From Marsupella aquatica (taxonomy: Eukaryota; Plantae; Marchantiophyta), in contig OZ316894.1 in assembly GCA_973895155.1 (NCBI GenBank), positions 20,342,451 through 20,406,450 on the forward strand: a stretch of 64,000 nt of DNA, given 5' to 3'. Below the pieces are notes generated by a model that ran no database searches, was not told the origin of the DNA, and was given only the letters and a program-made list of their open reading frames with translations. This document shows positions 50,007 through 61,010 of the stretch, one piece after another (position 1 is the stretch's first letter; every line of letters begins with the position of its first letter). The translations under genes and the position numbers were made by a program.

Positions 50007-53000
50007 ATGTGCAGGGAGACACAGTTGGAGTGGTACTTGGGAGGCGCGGACCTGGACGACACATTGGTATCTCTGCAGCCTCGTACCACTGTGAAGGATT
50101 TGGGAGGGGCAGTGAGGGGTCCTGAGCCTCCAAACTTACCGGGGGGTGTCAGTGAGGTTGCCTACTCGGATCAAGTATCTGAACAACAAAGAGCGGTACG
50201 CGCAAGGGAAGTTTGCAAACCCATTGAACCGCGTAGAGCACCGTCTGCCCAAGCTTCTAGACTTCTTCCATACTTCCCGAAACACGGAGTCACTTGTCCC
50301 CCTCAGCCACAGTCCCTTGCACGAAATGCAGATCTCGTCACCCAGAATCCGTCGTCCCCCGCATCTAAGGCCACCGAGAAGGCCAATGCTCGAAATCCTC
50401 TGCCTCCCCCGACTTCGAGAGTCACAGCTCACTCAGTCCTAGCTTCAACGAAGGCAGCTGCTCGGAATCCATCTCCTGCTCCGGCTACTAGGACCACATC
50501 TCGGAACCAATCTTCTGAGAGAATCTTGAAGATCCCTGCCACAATTCCATCTCCTGCCGTAGCGTCAAAGGCCACTGCTCGCAACCAATCCCCAATCCCG
50601 GCTCCAAGAGCAGCAACTCCACGCAATCCGTCTCCCACACCTGCCTCTAGAGCCACTGCCAGGACCTCCTCTCCCACTCCAGCTCCCAGAACCTCCTACT
50701 CCACCGGGAATCCATCTCCAAGCCCCGCATCCAAGGCCAACCCAGTCGTGTCCTCAGCGAAGAGTCCTCTCACCCCATCGAGCAATGGTAAGACTGTTCC
50801 GTCCTTGAGGAGACCAGCTTCTCCTGCCTTGACGAGGAAAGAACCGTCTCGACCTCTTTACGATGACAACGGCAGGAGAATTGTCACTCCAGAGTCTGCA
50901 CGGAAATCAGCGACGATTGGTAGCTCTCCTGCCAGCTCGCTAGACTCGTCCGGTGAGCTCTCCCCCAGATCTGCCCTGGATGTCAACAGGGCACTGAGGA
51001 TGTCGATCAACAGGTCGCTGAAGAAGGAGGGACTTGGGCAATGGTATCCCGAGTCCACAACATACTCCCCAATTAAGAAACTCAGTCCCCTGGAACTCCA
51101 AGCTCAGAAGAAGGAACGGATTGCTGGATATGGAAGGAAGGGTGGAAGTCCTAAATCTGGTCGAGTGGCTTGCGAGGGTATGCTTGACAGCTCTCCTGTG
51201 AAGCCTGACGTTAGAAAGAGATGCCATTGGGTCACTCCACAAAGTGGTAAGGGCTTCTCGGCTCCCCTCGTTCTTGATCCTGTCTTGTTGGTGTGGTCAT
51301 GCCGTTGGCTTCCAAATCGTCGCCTCCCTGCAAGGAATTATGTGATAGAAGAGAGTGTAATGTTTATTCCAAATGGTCTTCAGATCGATTCTGCATTAGA
51401 GAATTGTTTCATGACGAATAACTTTGTGAGGAATGCGTCTCGTGTTCATCATGTTTCATGAGTTGCCATCAGTGCAAGTGGTGGTCTCTTCTGTTGCACA
51501 AGATTCAGTCTCTCCGTCCTTTAGACTGTGGCAGCAAACAGGGGGCTACCCAGTTTGGCATTGTTTGATCGCTGGATTTCGATGTAAGGTTCTCTAGTTT
51601 TGGCTGAACAATCCTCCGCAGTAGGAAGTGGATCCAAAGGTATCGCAGCCCCATCTAGGCATGGGACTATCGATACAACATGGATTGTGGTTTCTGGCAG
51701 CATTAAGACTCTTGAAACGAAGATCAGTCACTAACTCGGGAATGTAACGATCTTTTGCTCGGAATTCTTAGTCCAGAAAGGCACGTGGACCCAAATGTAT
51801 CACGATTTGGGTGGACCATCAGACTCTACCGTCTGATGTGGTGGCCGTTACCGTATCTGTTTGGCTAGACAATGGCTAACATCCATTATTCCGACATCGT
51901 ATTTCTAGACGGCAGTAAGACGCTTCTTGCGGCATCTCACGCTCATTTTTATGTATTTGCAGAACCTGGCCTCATAAGTTATCACGACGAAGTCTGGGGA
52001 GTTCCACTTCATGACGACAAGTGAGGCATCTTTACCTGAATCCCCTTTTAGCGTCTTTGCTGTGATGCTCGCATCCTAGTTTTCGGAATCGATTTGTACT
52101 TGATGTATCACTTATTCGCCATCTCCACTTTGTAGACTCCTTTTCGAGCTCCTAGTGCTGGAAGGACTACAGGGAGAGCTAAGTCGCCCTCAGATATTGA
52201 GCATGCGGGATTACTTCAGGTAGCTTCTTGACCCCTCCACTCTTCGTCTTTGTACACGAGGGGAAGACGTGTACTGCTGCGCTTGTGAGCATCGAAATCC
52301 CCCAATAGGCTACCTCTTTAGTCGCCTGTTTTAATTTTCCCCTCCTTCCCGATCATCTACGTTGTAAACCGGTATCACTCTACATTGAAGCATGAGTTGG
52401 AGTCGATGAAAGATGTGGGACTCCTTTCTTATTGTGAACCTGTTCCAGCTCGTGAAATCCTTTCGCGAGCTGAAGAACCCATTTTTTTAAGGACAGCCTT
52501 TTTGCCTTGATCTTGCGGAGACCGGATTTGTCCGTAAGGTCACCTGACTTGAGTTGTGCAAATGTGTGCTGTTAGCAATTTTTGTGTTAGAATGAGGAGC
52601 TTTGTTCATTTCTTCTATTATCCAGCTCTACCTTCCTGTTCTGATTTATGTCATTGGCATTCTCCACTACAGGGATGTATTCGCAGACTTCGACCCTGCG
52701 ATTGTGGCCAAGTTTGATGAGAAGAAAGTTGCCGCTTTGAAATTAGATGAAATTATAAGGCAACCTGAGGCAAAGCTTCGTGGTGTAATTGACAATGCCA
52801 AGCAGCTGCTTCAGGTACGCAGGAGATCGGACCCTTCCCTCCTTAGTAATGCATTTTCCTGCGAGTGTTATATCTGCAATTGTCAATGCAGACAAGTTGG
52901 GTGTAGATTCTTTCAATGCATCCACCGAAACGAGTGCCCACAGCTCGCGTCTTCGGCAACTTGATATTTCCATTTGTACGGTTTTTGTGGGTCGGAGAAA

Positions 53001-53379
53001 CTCGAAGGGCCTTCCAAATTTGTGCTGGAAATATGATTTGCACTCGCTGACTTACCCGCGTGCTGCTCAACTTTTGCAGATTATGGAAGAGTTCGGATCG
53101 TTTGACAAGTATCTGTGGAACTTTGTTGGATTCAAGCCCATAGTGAACAACTACCACATTTTCACTCAAATCCCTGTAAAGAGTTCGAAGTCAGAAACGC
53201 TGAGCAAGGATCTTATGAGGAGAGGGTTCCGTTATGTGGGTCCAACAACTGTGTACTCCTTCATGCAAGCTGCAGGTATGGTTAATGACCATCTCGTCAG
53301 CTGCTACAGACACGGAGACTGTTCTGAAATCTCACAAATCCAGCCGAAGGATGTAAATGGCGGCAACAAAGACTGTTAA
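50007..53379 (+). CDS. tag: DNA-3-methyladenine glycosylase I family (TAG, Adenine_glyco) with a long Pro/Ser/Ala-rich N-terminus; 5 exons
   Basis: Exons 50007-51246, 51963-52020, 52136-52219, 52673-52814 and 53080-53379 are all GT-AG and phase-consistent. Motifs include KRCHWVT, YHDEVWGVPLHDDK, LFELLVLEG, FADFDP, EFGSFDKYLWNFV, SKDLMRRGFRYVGPTTVYSFMQAAGMVNDHLVSC, with Zn ligands C/H/H/C present. Confidence 0.92.
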
Positions 53380-55314
53380 GCGGAGCTCGCCACTCAATTT
53401 GGAACGGGAGTTTGAAAGGGGTTTGTCCTCTAAGAATAGAAGAGATCCGGGCGGTATTCTGTTCCACGTAGTTTCTATTGCGCGAGTTTTTGTACTCTAC
53501 ACAAAGACATTTGTACCATATTTCGATCGAGAGCACGAGGAGTGTTATGCGGTCACCGAGGGACAGACACCTCCCGCACTCTGCCACGGGAAAGTGCCCT
53601 GCCTACGAGAAAGAGTCACTGTGTATCTATAGATTTCTGTTGAATAACCTTCGATATGGTGGCAGTTATCCAGCCCTTTCGCTCCTTTCACCGTTGTCTC
53701 TCCATCAGAAAACTGAATTTAGTACTGGTTGACGGCCTTTTTAACGACTTCGGAAGAGATTCCATGTATAGTAGTATGTGGAGTAGTTTGTAGTTGGGCT
53801 GGGGCTGGTAATCAATGTACTAGAGGATTCATGTAAATTCATCTTGACTTTTTGGTTTCCAAGGTACAAACTGTGACTGCATCAACTTTTGAATATTTTC
53901 TTGCCTTCCCGACTCCCTACATGACGAAAAATGATCTTGTCCGGATAAACGGGTAATGCTTGAACTGCAAAGCAGGTTGGCATGGTTGAGGTCCCCACTG
54001 CAACTGGTTTCTGTGTGTGTTCTCGGGACTTGTCAATCTGGTTTCAAGTTTAGAAACTGCTGGGCTGAGATCTTCCATGGCAGTAGATATGTCGGATTTC
54101 TCCATCTAAATGGGTCCGACGATACAAGAATTGACGTTTCGGCCATTGATGTGTTCTGTTTAAGTTCTTAGAGTTCTCGTTTTGGGCTCCAAATGTAGAG
54201 AACCAGTATAATTTTTCGGAAGTTCAAAACTCAATTTGATCAATCCACACTACATTTGAAGTCCACGCCGATATCTGCTTGTTCACACTAATTTTTGTCG
54301 AACCCGTTGCGAACCTAGACTAAATGTCGAAAGCTGTGATCTATCACCGTTTCCTCAACATGAGTGCTACCGTAGTCCAGACTAGTTTCTGTCAATCGGA
54401 CTAGTTTCGAACCCAGACTACACGCCATGAAAAGTGTAATTATCTCGGTTTTCTCGACAAGGGACAGTCACCGGTGAAGTGTCCGTCGACTTAAACAGAG
54501 AATTTCGTCTGGACCTGTCTCCGCTTTCCGCTGAAACTTCTTAGCAACTTATTCGTAGAACAGAAAAATATCCACAATCAATGTGAAGCATGTCTCTGGA
54601 GCACACATGGCCCAATGGTGCGTCCCCGCAGGCAGGGAGGGTGCGGTGGTTGCTTACAGGAGGGGCCAATTTACGTTCACTGTTTCCATCAAATGTTACT
54701 TGAATTCCCTTTGCGAATACCAATGCTGGTCAGATGGCTTCGGATTCCAAATAGCTTGGAAACGTTAGGAATAAAAAGTGAGCGTACTAATGCCGTTTGA
54801 AATCCAAATCGTGTGCGTATTTAAAGTGTGTAGAGAATGATCATCAAAGGCGTTACTTTGGATACCAAATGCAACCCAAATTGGGGCACGGGCACCGATG
54901 GCTGGCAGTTTCGGGACAGGAAAGACAGACAGTTGAGCTTTGGTTGGATAACGTTGAACTGCCATACCTGTGGTAGAGCACGACTGTTTTCAGGAATTGA
55001 CTGTAACCCACCGAAAGGACGTCAGTGAAAAGTCCTGAAATTTTCGGTGAACGATACCATTCTAGCCAGGCAGCCAGCACTCCCAGTACCGTACCAGGAA
55101 ACGCTTTGTGCGAACTGCACCAGCAGCACCACCGTGTCCTGGCCAAGGTATTAATGCCCGTCTGGAATCTAGGAAGCGTGAGAGACTTTTACAGGTCAGG
55201 ACGTCAACGGAAACAGGGTGATTCGGTGAGATCAACAGTCACATTCTCCCCCTTCAAGCTGACGAGGGGACGGGACAATTTTTGTACTTGGACCCAATGA
55301 ATCTAAAGTTGTAA

Positions 55315-55827
55315 GAGCACCTCCAGTGGTTTAGGGGTCAATGACCTCCATATTCGAAATATAACACCTCATATGGAGTCCTAAAAATTAGAAAAGCTTT
55401 CCTATTGAATTCAATTATCAGTTCACCTATTTCTTTTACCCCTGTCCCTCCAAAATGATGTGTTGTCATAACTAGATTCAAGATCACAATCATATCCAGG
55501 ATCTTGTGACATGTGGCAAAATCACTGACATACATGAGAATAGTGATGAAATCTGTGACGTAAAAGAGAATAGAGGTCAGGATAGAGGTCTCTCTCATAA
55601 AAATCACTGACATACATGAGAATAGTGATGAAATCTGTGACATAAAAGAGAATAGAGGTCAGGATAGAGGTCTCTCTGCTGCCCTTTTACCAAATATGGA
55701 GATATAGGGTTCTGAGAATGGAGGCTGGCTGTCATTTACCTGGGAAGCCATCCCTCCAAATTGTTAGAGGTCCCTATATGTTTTTTTTAGAGGTTACAGG
55801 TGCATTTGACCTACCACTGGAGGTGCT
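55315..55827. mobile_element. Tourist-like (PIF/Harbinger) MITE, copy 1
   Basis: TIRs GAGCACCTCCAGTGGT and ACCACTGGAGGTGCT are flanked by TAA on both sides (55312-14, 55828-30). There is an internal ~82-bp tandem duplication. Confidence 0.85.
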
Positions 55828-56454
55828 TAAGGGGACAGTTTTGAAGTAATTGCCTTCAAGTTGCTATGTTAACAATATAGGGACACACCTTAACAATGCA
55901 AATCATCTCCTTTTTTAGTTTTTAAACCACAACTACCCATATGTAAGAGGAAGTGTCCCAATTTTCTCCTTTTTTCAAATTCCACCCACTTCTTTCCTCT
56001 ATCGTGCCAGTTTGCTTCACGATGGCACAAAACATTTATTGTTTCTAGTGAAATTTGGTTCCTACAGTAACCTGTAACCCTTGAAGGGGCAGCTCTGGTT
56101 TAAATAATTTTGAACTGTCTGGCATAACACATTAAGGCTAGTGCCAATGCCGGGGCCAACTGTTTTCTATGTGGGATACTTTTACTTGTGTAATTACCTT
56201 ATCATTCAAAGTTAGCATGAATCTCAGACTGTATTTGAGAATGATGCATATTTTGAGAGAAAATAGATGGAAGCTATGTGCAGCATCTGTCAGCATCAAT
56301 AAACGTCAACTGCGCAAAAGCCTTGCACAGTGTCATCCAGCACTAAGATATCTCCACTTGAAGGTGAACATTTACACACCAACCTGACCAACATTGACTA
56401 GCAAGGAGGTACGAGTTTTGAGCTATCTCATGAGTCATTGTTTCCCCTGTAAAA

Positions 56455-56903
56455 GAGCATCTCCAGTGGTTTAGGAGTCAATGACCTCTAAATTCAAAAT
56501 ATAACACATCATATGGAGACCTAAAAACTAGAAATTAAAGCCTTCCTATTGAATTCAATCACCTGTTCACCCCTTTTTTTGACCCCTATCCCTCCAAAAT
56601 GATGTGTTGTCATAACTAGGTTCAAGATCACAATCATATCAAGGATCTTGTGACATGTGGTGAAATCTCTGACGTAGATGAGAATAGTGGTGAAATTTCT
56701 GAGAATAGAGGTCAGGATAGAATTTTCTCTCCTGGCTGCCATTTTTACCAAATATGGAGGTAAAGGATTCTGAGAATGGAGGCTGGCTGCCATTTACTTA
56801 AGGATAGGGGCCACAGGTGGGAAGCCATCACTCCAAATTCAACCCCTATATATGTTCTTTTTGGAGGTTACAGGTGCATTTGACTCTCTGGCTGGATCTG
56901 CTA
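56455..56903. mobile_element. Tourist-like MITE, copy 2 (more decayed right TIR)
   Basis: Begins GAGCATCTCCAGTGGTTTAGG and aligns along its length with 55315-55827, without the internal duplication. Confidence 0.8.
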
Positions 56904-57491
56904 TAAAGGTACACAATACTCTTGCATAAATTTGAAGCTAAAGGTTCTAGCCTCCCATAGTGCAGAGTACTTCCCCCCCGATATTAGGAAAGACCAAACA
57001 GGTTTCATGGAATTGTACCGCAGAGGAAGATCTCAAGGAAGATTTGGTCGGGTTCAGTCTTGTCTCGGCCCCAAATAGGAAAGAGGAAATGGGTTGTATG
57101 CAATAGCCCCACTTACAAAGCTCTTGGCGCAAAGAGGTGGTCCGGTGCCACAATCATATTGCTCCCAAACATCAAGAAAGAGTTAACTGGTTACATATAC
57201 TCATAAAGTGGACTTGAAAATGGAGCGAGCTTTATGGTGCAAAGAGCTGGTCTAGTTACCATCTTTTGTATCACCCCCACTATCAGGAGAGAGGAAACTT
57301 CTCCTTTGGCTTGTTTTTTGCCACCAGGCAAGGAGGTGGTGCTGAAGATGTCAGAAGAGGTACCCTTGCTGACATCCTGGTTCAAAGCACACCAAGTTGC
57401 CTAGGGTTTAAACCTAACCACCCCCACTTGTAAAGATAGGTTAAACATATATTGAACTGCCAAAAACAAAAACACTTACAACCAATCAACT

Positions 57492-57573
57492 GGCTTTGGT
57501 CAGTTGGTCAAGGGATGAGCCTAGAACCAAGAGGTCCCAGGTTCAACCCCCCCCCCCTCCACATGCAAGGGGC
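57492..57573 (+). mobile_element. tRNA-derived SINE head (copy 2), interrupted by a CACTA element
   Basis: A-box-like TGGTCAGTTGGTCAAGG and B-box GGTTCAACCC. It shares its core and the following C-tract and GCAAGGGG with 32423-32492. Confidence 0.6.
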
Positions 57574-57574
57574 C

Positions 57575-59432
57575 CACTAGTAGAAAAGGGGTCGATTATG
57601 ACCCAACTACTTAGGACTCATGCAACCCCGGTCATTTTCTAAGACTACAAATCATTTACAATGACTCCAACTGGCATGGAGTCATTTAGATCACTCTGTT
57701 AATGACTATTGCCATACAAGTTTTGTGAAAAAGGTTTTGGAGGCCACTCTATACTCTGCCCCTCTGTACATGGACCCCCTCAGTCGCCTCCTATGTCAAT
57801 CCATATCGCAGCTCCGGTCGGTGCAATGTTAGCCGCCCGACAGTTGCCTCCACTTGATTCACCTTGACTCAAGTTGACATGAGTCGACTTGAGTCGCCTT
57901 GACGCTGCCAAAGGTTTGTGGTAAAATCCTAAGCCCTGAACTAGATTTTTCCATTTGAGTTAAGTACTATGTGCACACAACGGAATGGACATTTTTCACC
58001 CGGTTCGAGGGAAGAACACTTTTACAACCTGAATAGTTTACCGGCACAGCTTCGCACCTTGACCTAATCTTATGAAGGGCGCCATTGTTCCTTCTTGTTG
58101 CTTTTCGGATCATACTTTTTGTTTGCCTGTCCCTGCCAATGAGTATTTAGTTAGTTGAATCCTCACAAATCTTTAGAAGATGGAGAAGGAAGCAACGACC
58201 TTGAAGTCACCAAAAGCACGGGAGATTCAAGCAGTGGTACCAACCGATTTGATTGAATTGAAGACATTGTGTAGTAGACTGAAGGTGATGCGCTTAGAAG
58301 GATTTGGCAAGTTCCAGTGTGATTTTGGATTTCCTCCCTGCTAAATGTGCTACTCGACACAGGGGATCAATTAGTGCTCAACCTGTGAACTGGACCAAAG
58401 CTTTCATTGGGAAAGTTTATGGAATTGTTGCCTCCGGTGACAGAATGTGTGATTCGAATGGCGAATTCTTTGCTGTAGCTGATAAGTACTTCGCATCTGA
58501 GGAGAGGAGGCAAAAGGAGGGATGGAAGACTATACACTGCACTCATCCAGAGGTCAGACATATTTTTGAATTTCTCAATTCCATTCTACATCCGGAAAGG
58601 CCTGGGCGAATCACTCTCTCTATTGCAATTACTGTCGTGGCTTCATTTGAAGGAATGTTGAAGGTTGATTGGGCTCACATTCTCCACGAGCTAATTAATA
58701 CCCAGGTCCAGCAATTATCTCAAGTTCCAAGCTTTACATATGTGGCTCCTTTTCTCTTCCATATCTATCACCATTTTGGTTGTTTGAGCATTGAGAAGAA
58801 GCGTTGCTGGGAGAATGCCATTCACTCACGGCCTGTACCACCTTTGCCTTCAATTCCTACCAAATTGCATCTTTGCCATGACTGGCGAAGCCTATTATTT
58901 ACATGTAGGTGACCCGTTTGTAATTACTGATGGAGCCATTCATTATGACAAGTGGAGTAGGTTTTAACAACAGGGGGAGCTATTTCTTATAACTAGAGGA
59001 GTGTTGTTGGAGCCATTGTAATGAGAAGTGGAGTCATGTTTTATGACCAGCCCAGTCAACTTTTATAACAATATGAGCTGTTTGTAACGACTAGTTCATA
59101 CATTTGTTAGGACCATGGAGTGGGGCTTTACATCAAACTATCATGTCGTATGTTATGACTCGGAGAGTCATAGTAGTGGCAAGTGGAGTAATATCTTATG
59201 AACAGCCCAGTCTATTTTACAACAATATGAATCTTTTGTGAAGACTAGTTCAGACATTTGTTCAGACCATGGAGTGGGGCTTTGTAGAAAACTATGTCCT
59301 ATGTTATGACTTGGAGAGTGATAGTAATGGCAAAAGGAGTGATATTTTTTGACCAACTCAGTCAAATTTTACAACAATATCAGTCGTTTGTGAAGCCTAG
59401 TTTGCATTTGTTAGGACCATGGAGTGGGGTTT
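57575..59432 (+). mobile_element. Non-autonomous CACTA (En/Spm) element: left end plus subterminal repeats, right end not seen
   Basis: Canonical terminus CACTAGTAGAAAA at 57575, ATGAC/GTCAT-rich motifs at 57595-57720, and ~170-bp repeats (GACCATGGAGTGGGG...) at 58920-59432. It abuts a Gypsy LTR at 59433. Confidence 0.7.
58304..58912 (+). pseudogene. Fragment of the retrotransposon accessory-ORF family lying inside the CACTA element
   Basis: FLNSILHPERPGRITLSIA...GMLKVDWA...YVAPFLFHIY is homologous to 10549-12291 and 8900-9355. An in-frame stop lies just upstream and there is no ATG start. Confidence 0.6.
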
Positions 59433-59966
59433 TGTCATGACATATAGTATCGTAGCCATAGTGTATCGAAAACATACAAGTCATCGGCAAGGCATATGTG
59501 CAAGCTGCTAGCAACCAACATGCATAGAAAAAGTTCAATCACATTCACAAGTGCCAAGAAAAAGCAAATGAAGTGGTATGTACGTAATGGAGGTGTAAAC
59601 CTCTGTATATAAAAGGCGTAAGAGAAACAATTGTACTGAAATCAAATCAAAAATCGGCAGGATGCCAAGATCAGCCGGGAGTATCTAACGAATCACTGTG
59701 TGAATCCCGTGTACGGAACCGACGAGCACTGTCTGAGCTCTGTCAACAGTGATTCAAGAAGAACTGAAAAACCCACAAACAAAGACATGCCCTAAGTAAA
59801 CAAAGTCCTGGCGTCACACTAATAAGCGCGTTTGCTTCAAGAACGCCTGGCATTTGCTATAAGAACATTCGCTAACTCAAGTCGTACACTAGCCCTAACT
59901 ACATACCTAGCGGGCATGCGAGGGACATGCCGATGTGCATAAGAGGCACTGTCCCTCGGCATGACA
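59433..59966 (-). repeat. Gypsy LTR (534 bp)
   Basis: On the minus strand it starts TGTCATG (59966) and ends CATGACA (59433), with perfect 7-bp inverted termini. A TATA-like TTTTATATA lies near 59606-59614, downstream of the integrase ORF. Confidence 0.7.
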
Positions 59967-59968
59967 GC

Positions 59969-60144
59969 TGTCGTGACATATAGTATCGTAGCCATAGTGT
60001 ATCGAAAACATACAAGTCACCAGCAAGGCATATGTGCAAGCTGCTAGCAACCAACATGCATAGAAAAAGTCCAATCACATTCACAAGTGCCAAGAAAAAG
60101 CAAATGAAGTGGTATGTACGTAGTGGAGGTGTAAACCTCTGTAT
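59969..60144 (-). repeat. Second, partial LTR copy (176 bp, same as 59433-59608)
   Basis: Near-identical direct repeat at a 536-bp offset. On the minus strand it is preceded by a short G-tract (TGGGGG, PPT-like). Confidence 0.9.
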
Positions 60145-60182
60145 CCCCCCAGACCACAGCCAAAAGGAGGGCTGAAGAAAAT

Positions 60183-61010
60183 TCAGGTAGCACGTGGAGC
60201 ATAGGAAGGGCAAAACCATAACCCTTCTGGCACCTGGGTAAGTTCAGGCTGAAGGCAGAAAAGATGGTACCCTCCATTGCAATTGTCACACAGCAGCATC
60301 TGGTCAGCATCATCAATTTGCAAACACACTTTGCAAGGGTAGTCCACAGGTGGAATCCAGGTAGAAGTCACAATGGTGGGATCCAGGTTAGGCAGATGAC
60401 AAGGGGCGCAATTCTTGGCATTGTCAGCAATTGTGCGCCCATATGCCCCTTGTAACTCTAGCACTCCAGACGGTCGAATAGCTTTAACCCTAAGAATAGT
60501 ACGATTGGTAGAGGTGTCCAAGGTGTCGTTAGCTTGCCGTTGCAAGTACACAAAATCTCCCACTTCAAACTTCCTGACCTTGGGCTGAAAAGTGCCCCCT
60601 CGTGTGTGTGCATAACGCAGTGTGTCCCTGTGCTGTACGATGGCCAAATTCTCCATGGCCATGGGCATAACCCTCCTGAATAGGGCAGCCCTCTCAGAGA
60701 TCACATCAGACCAAGTCACAGTTGAATCCAAGTCTACCACCTGAAGCATGTGAGCAGCAATAGCATAAGGTGGAACTGGATGACAACCAAACAACAAGAA
60801 GTAGGGACAAAAGTTAGACAGTGATGCATGTCTGGACATCCTATACCCCATGGCAATGTAGGGTAAGGCCAGGTCCCAATCCTCCTTGTTTTTGGTGAGG
60901 CAAATCTTCCGAAGACCCTTCTTGCATGTCTGAACCATGCGCTCTGCCAAGCCATCTGCCTGTGGGTGATCTCGTGATGTCCGGCGATGATCAATGAGGG
61001 CCTGATCAAG
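60183..61010 (-). mobile_element. Ty3/Gypsy pol 3' fragment: integrase core C-terminal half plus PHD finger
   Basis: HPQADGLAERMVQ (catalytic E region), WD..LP....YR...H.S, FEVGDFVYL, then CKVC...LLCDNC...YHLFC...WFCPSY (PHD with the last Cys replaced by Tyr). It is truncated at 61011 by a different sequence starting TGTGG. Confidence 0.9.

Noticed and set aside
49851-51461. 536-aa ORF as a stand-alone gene
   Set aside because: It is exon 1 of the TAG gene (ATG 50007, donor 51247) with read-through into the intron.
55338-56793. Two similar short minus-strand ORFs (CHKILDMIVILNLVMTTHHFGG)
   Set aside because: The similarity comes from the two copies of the same non-coding MITE.
57492-57560. 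Functional tRNA gene
   Set aside because: It has A/B boxes but no paired acceptor, anticodon or T stems, so it is better explained as a SINE head.
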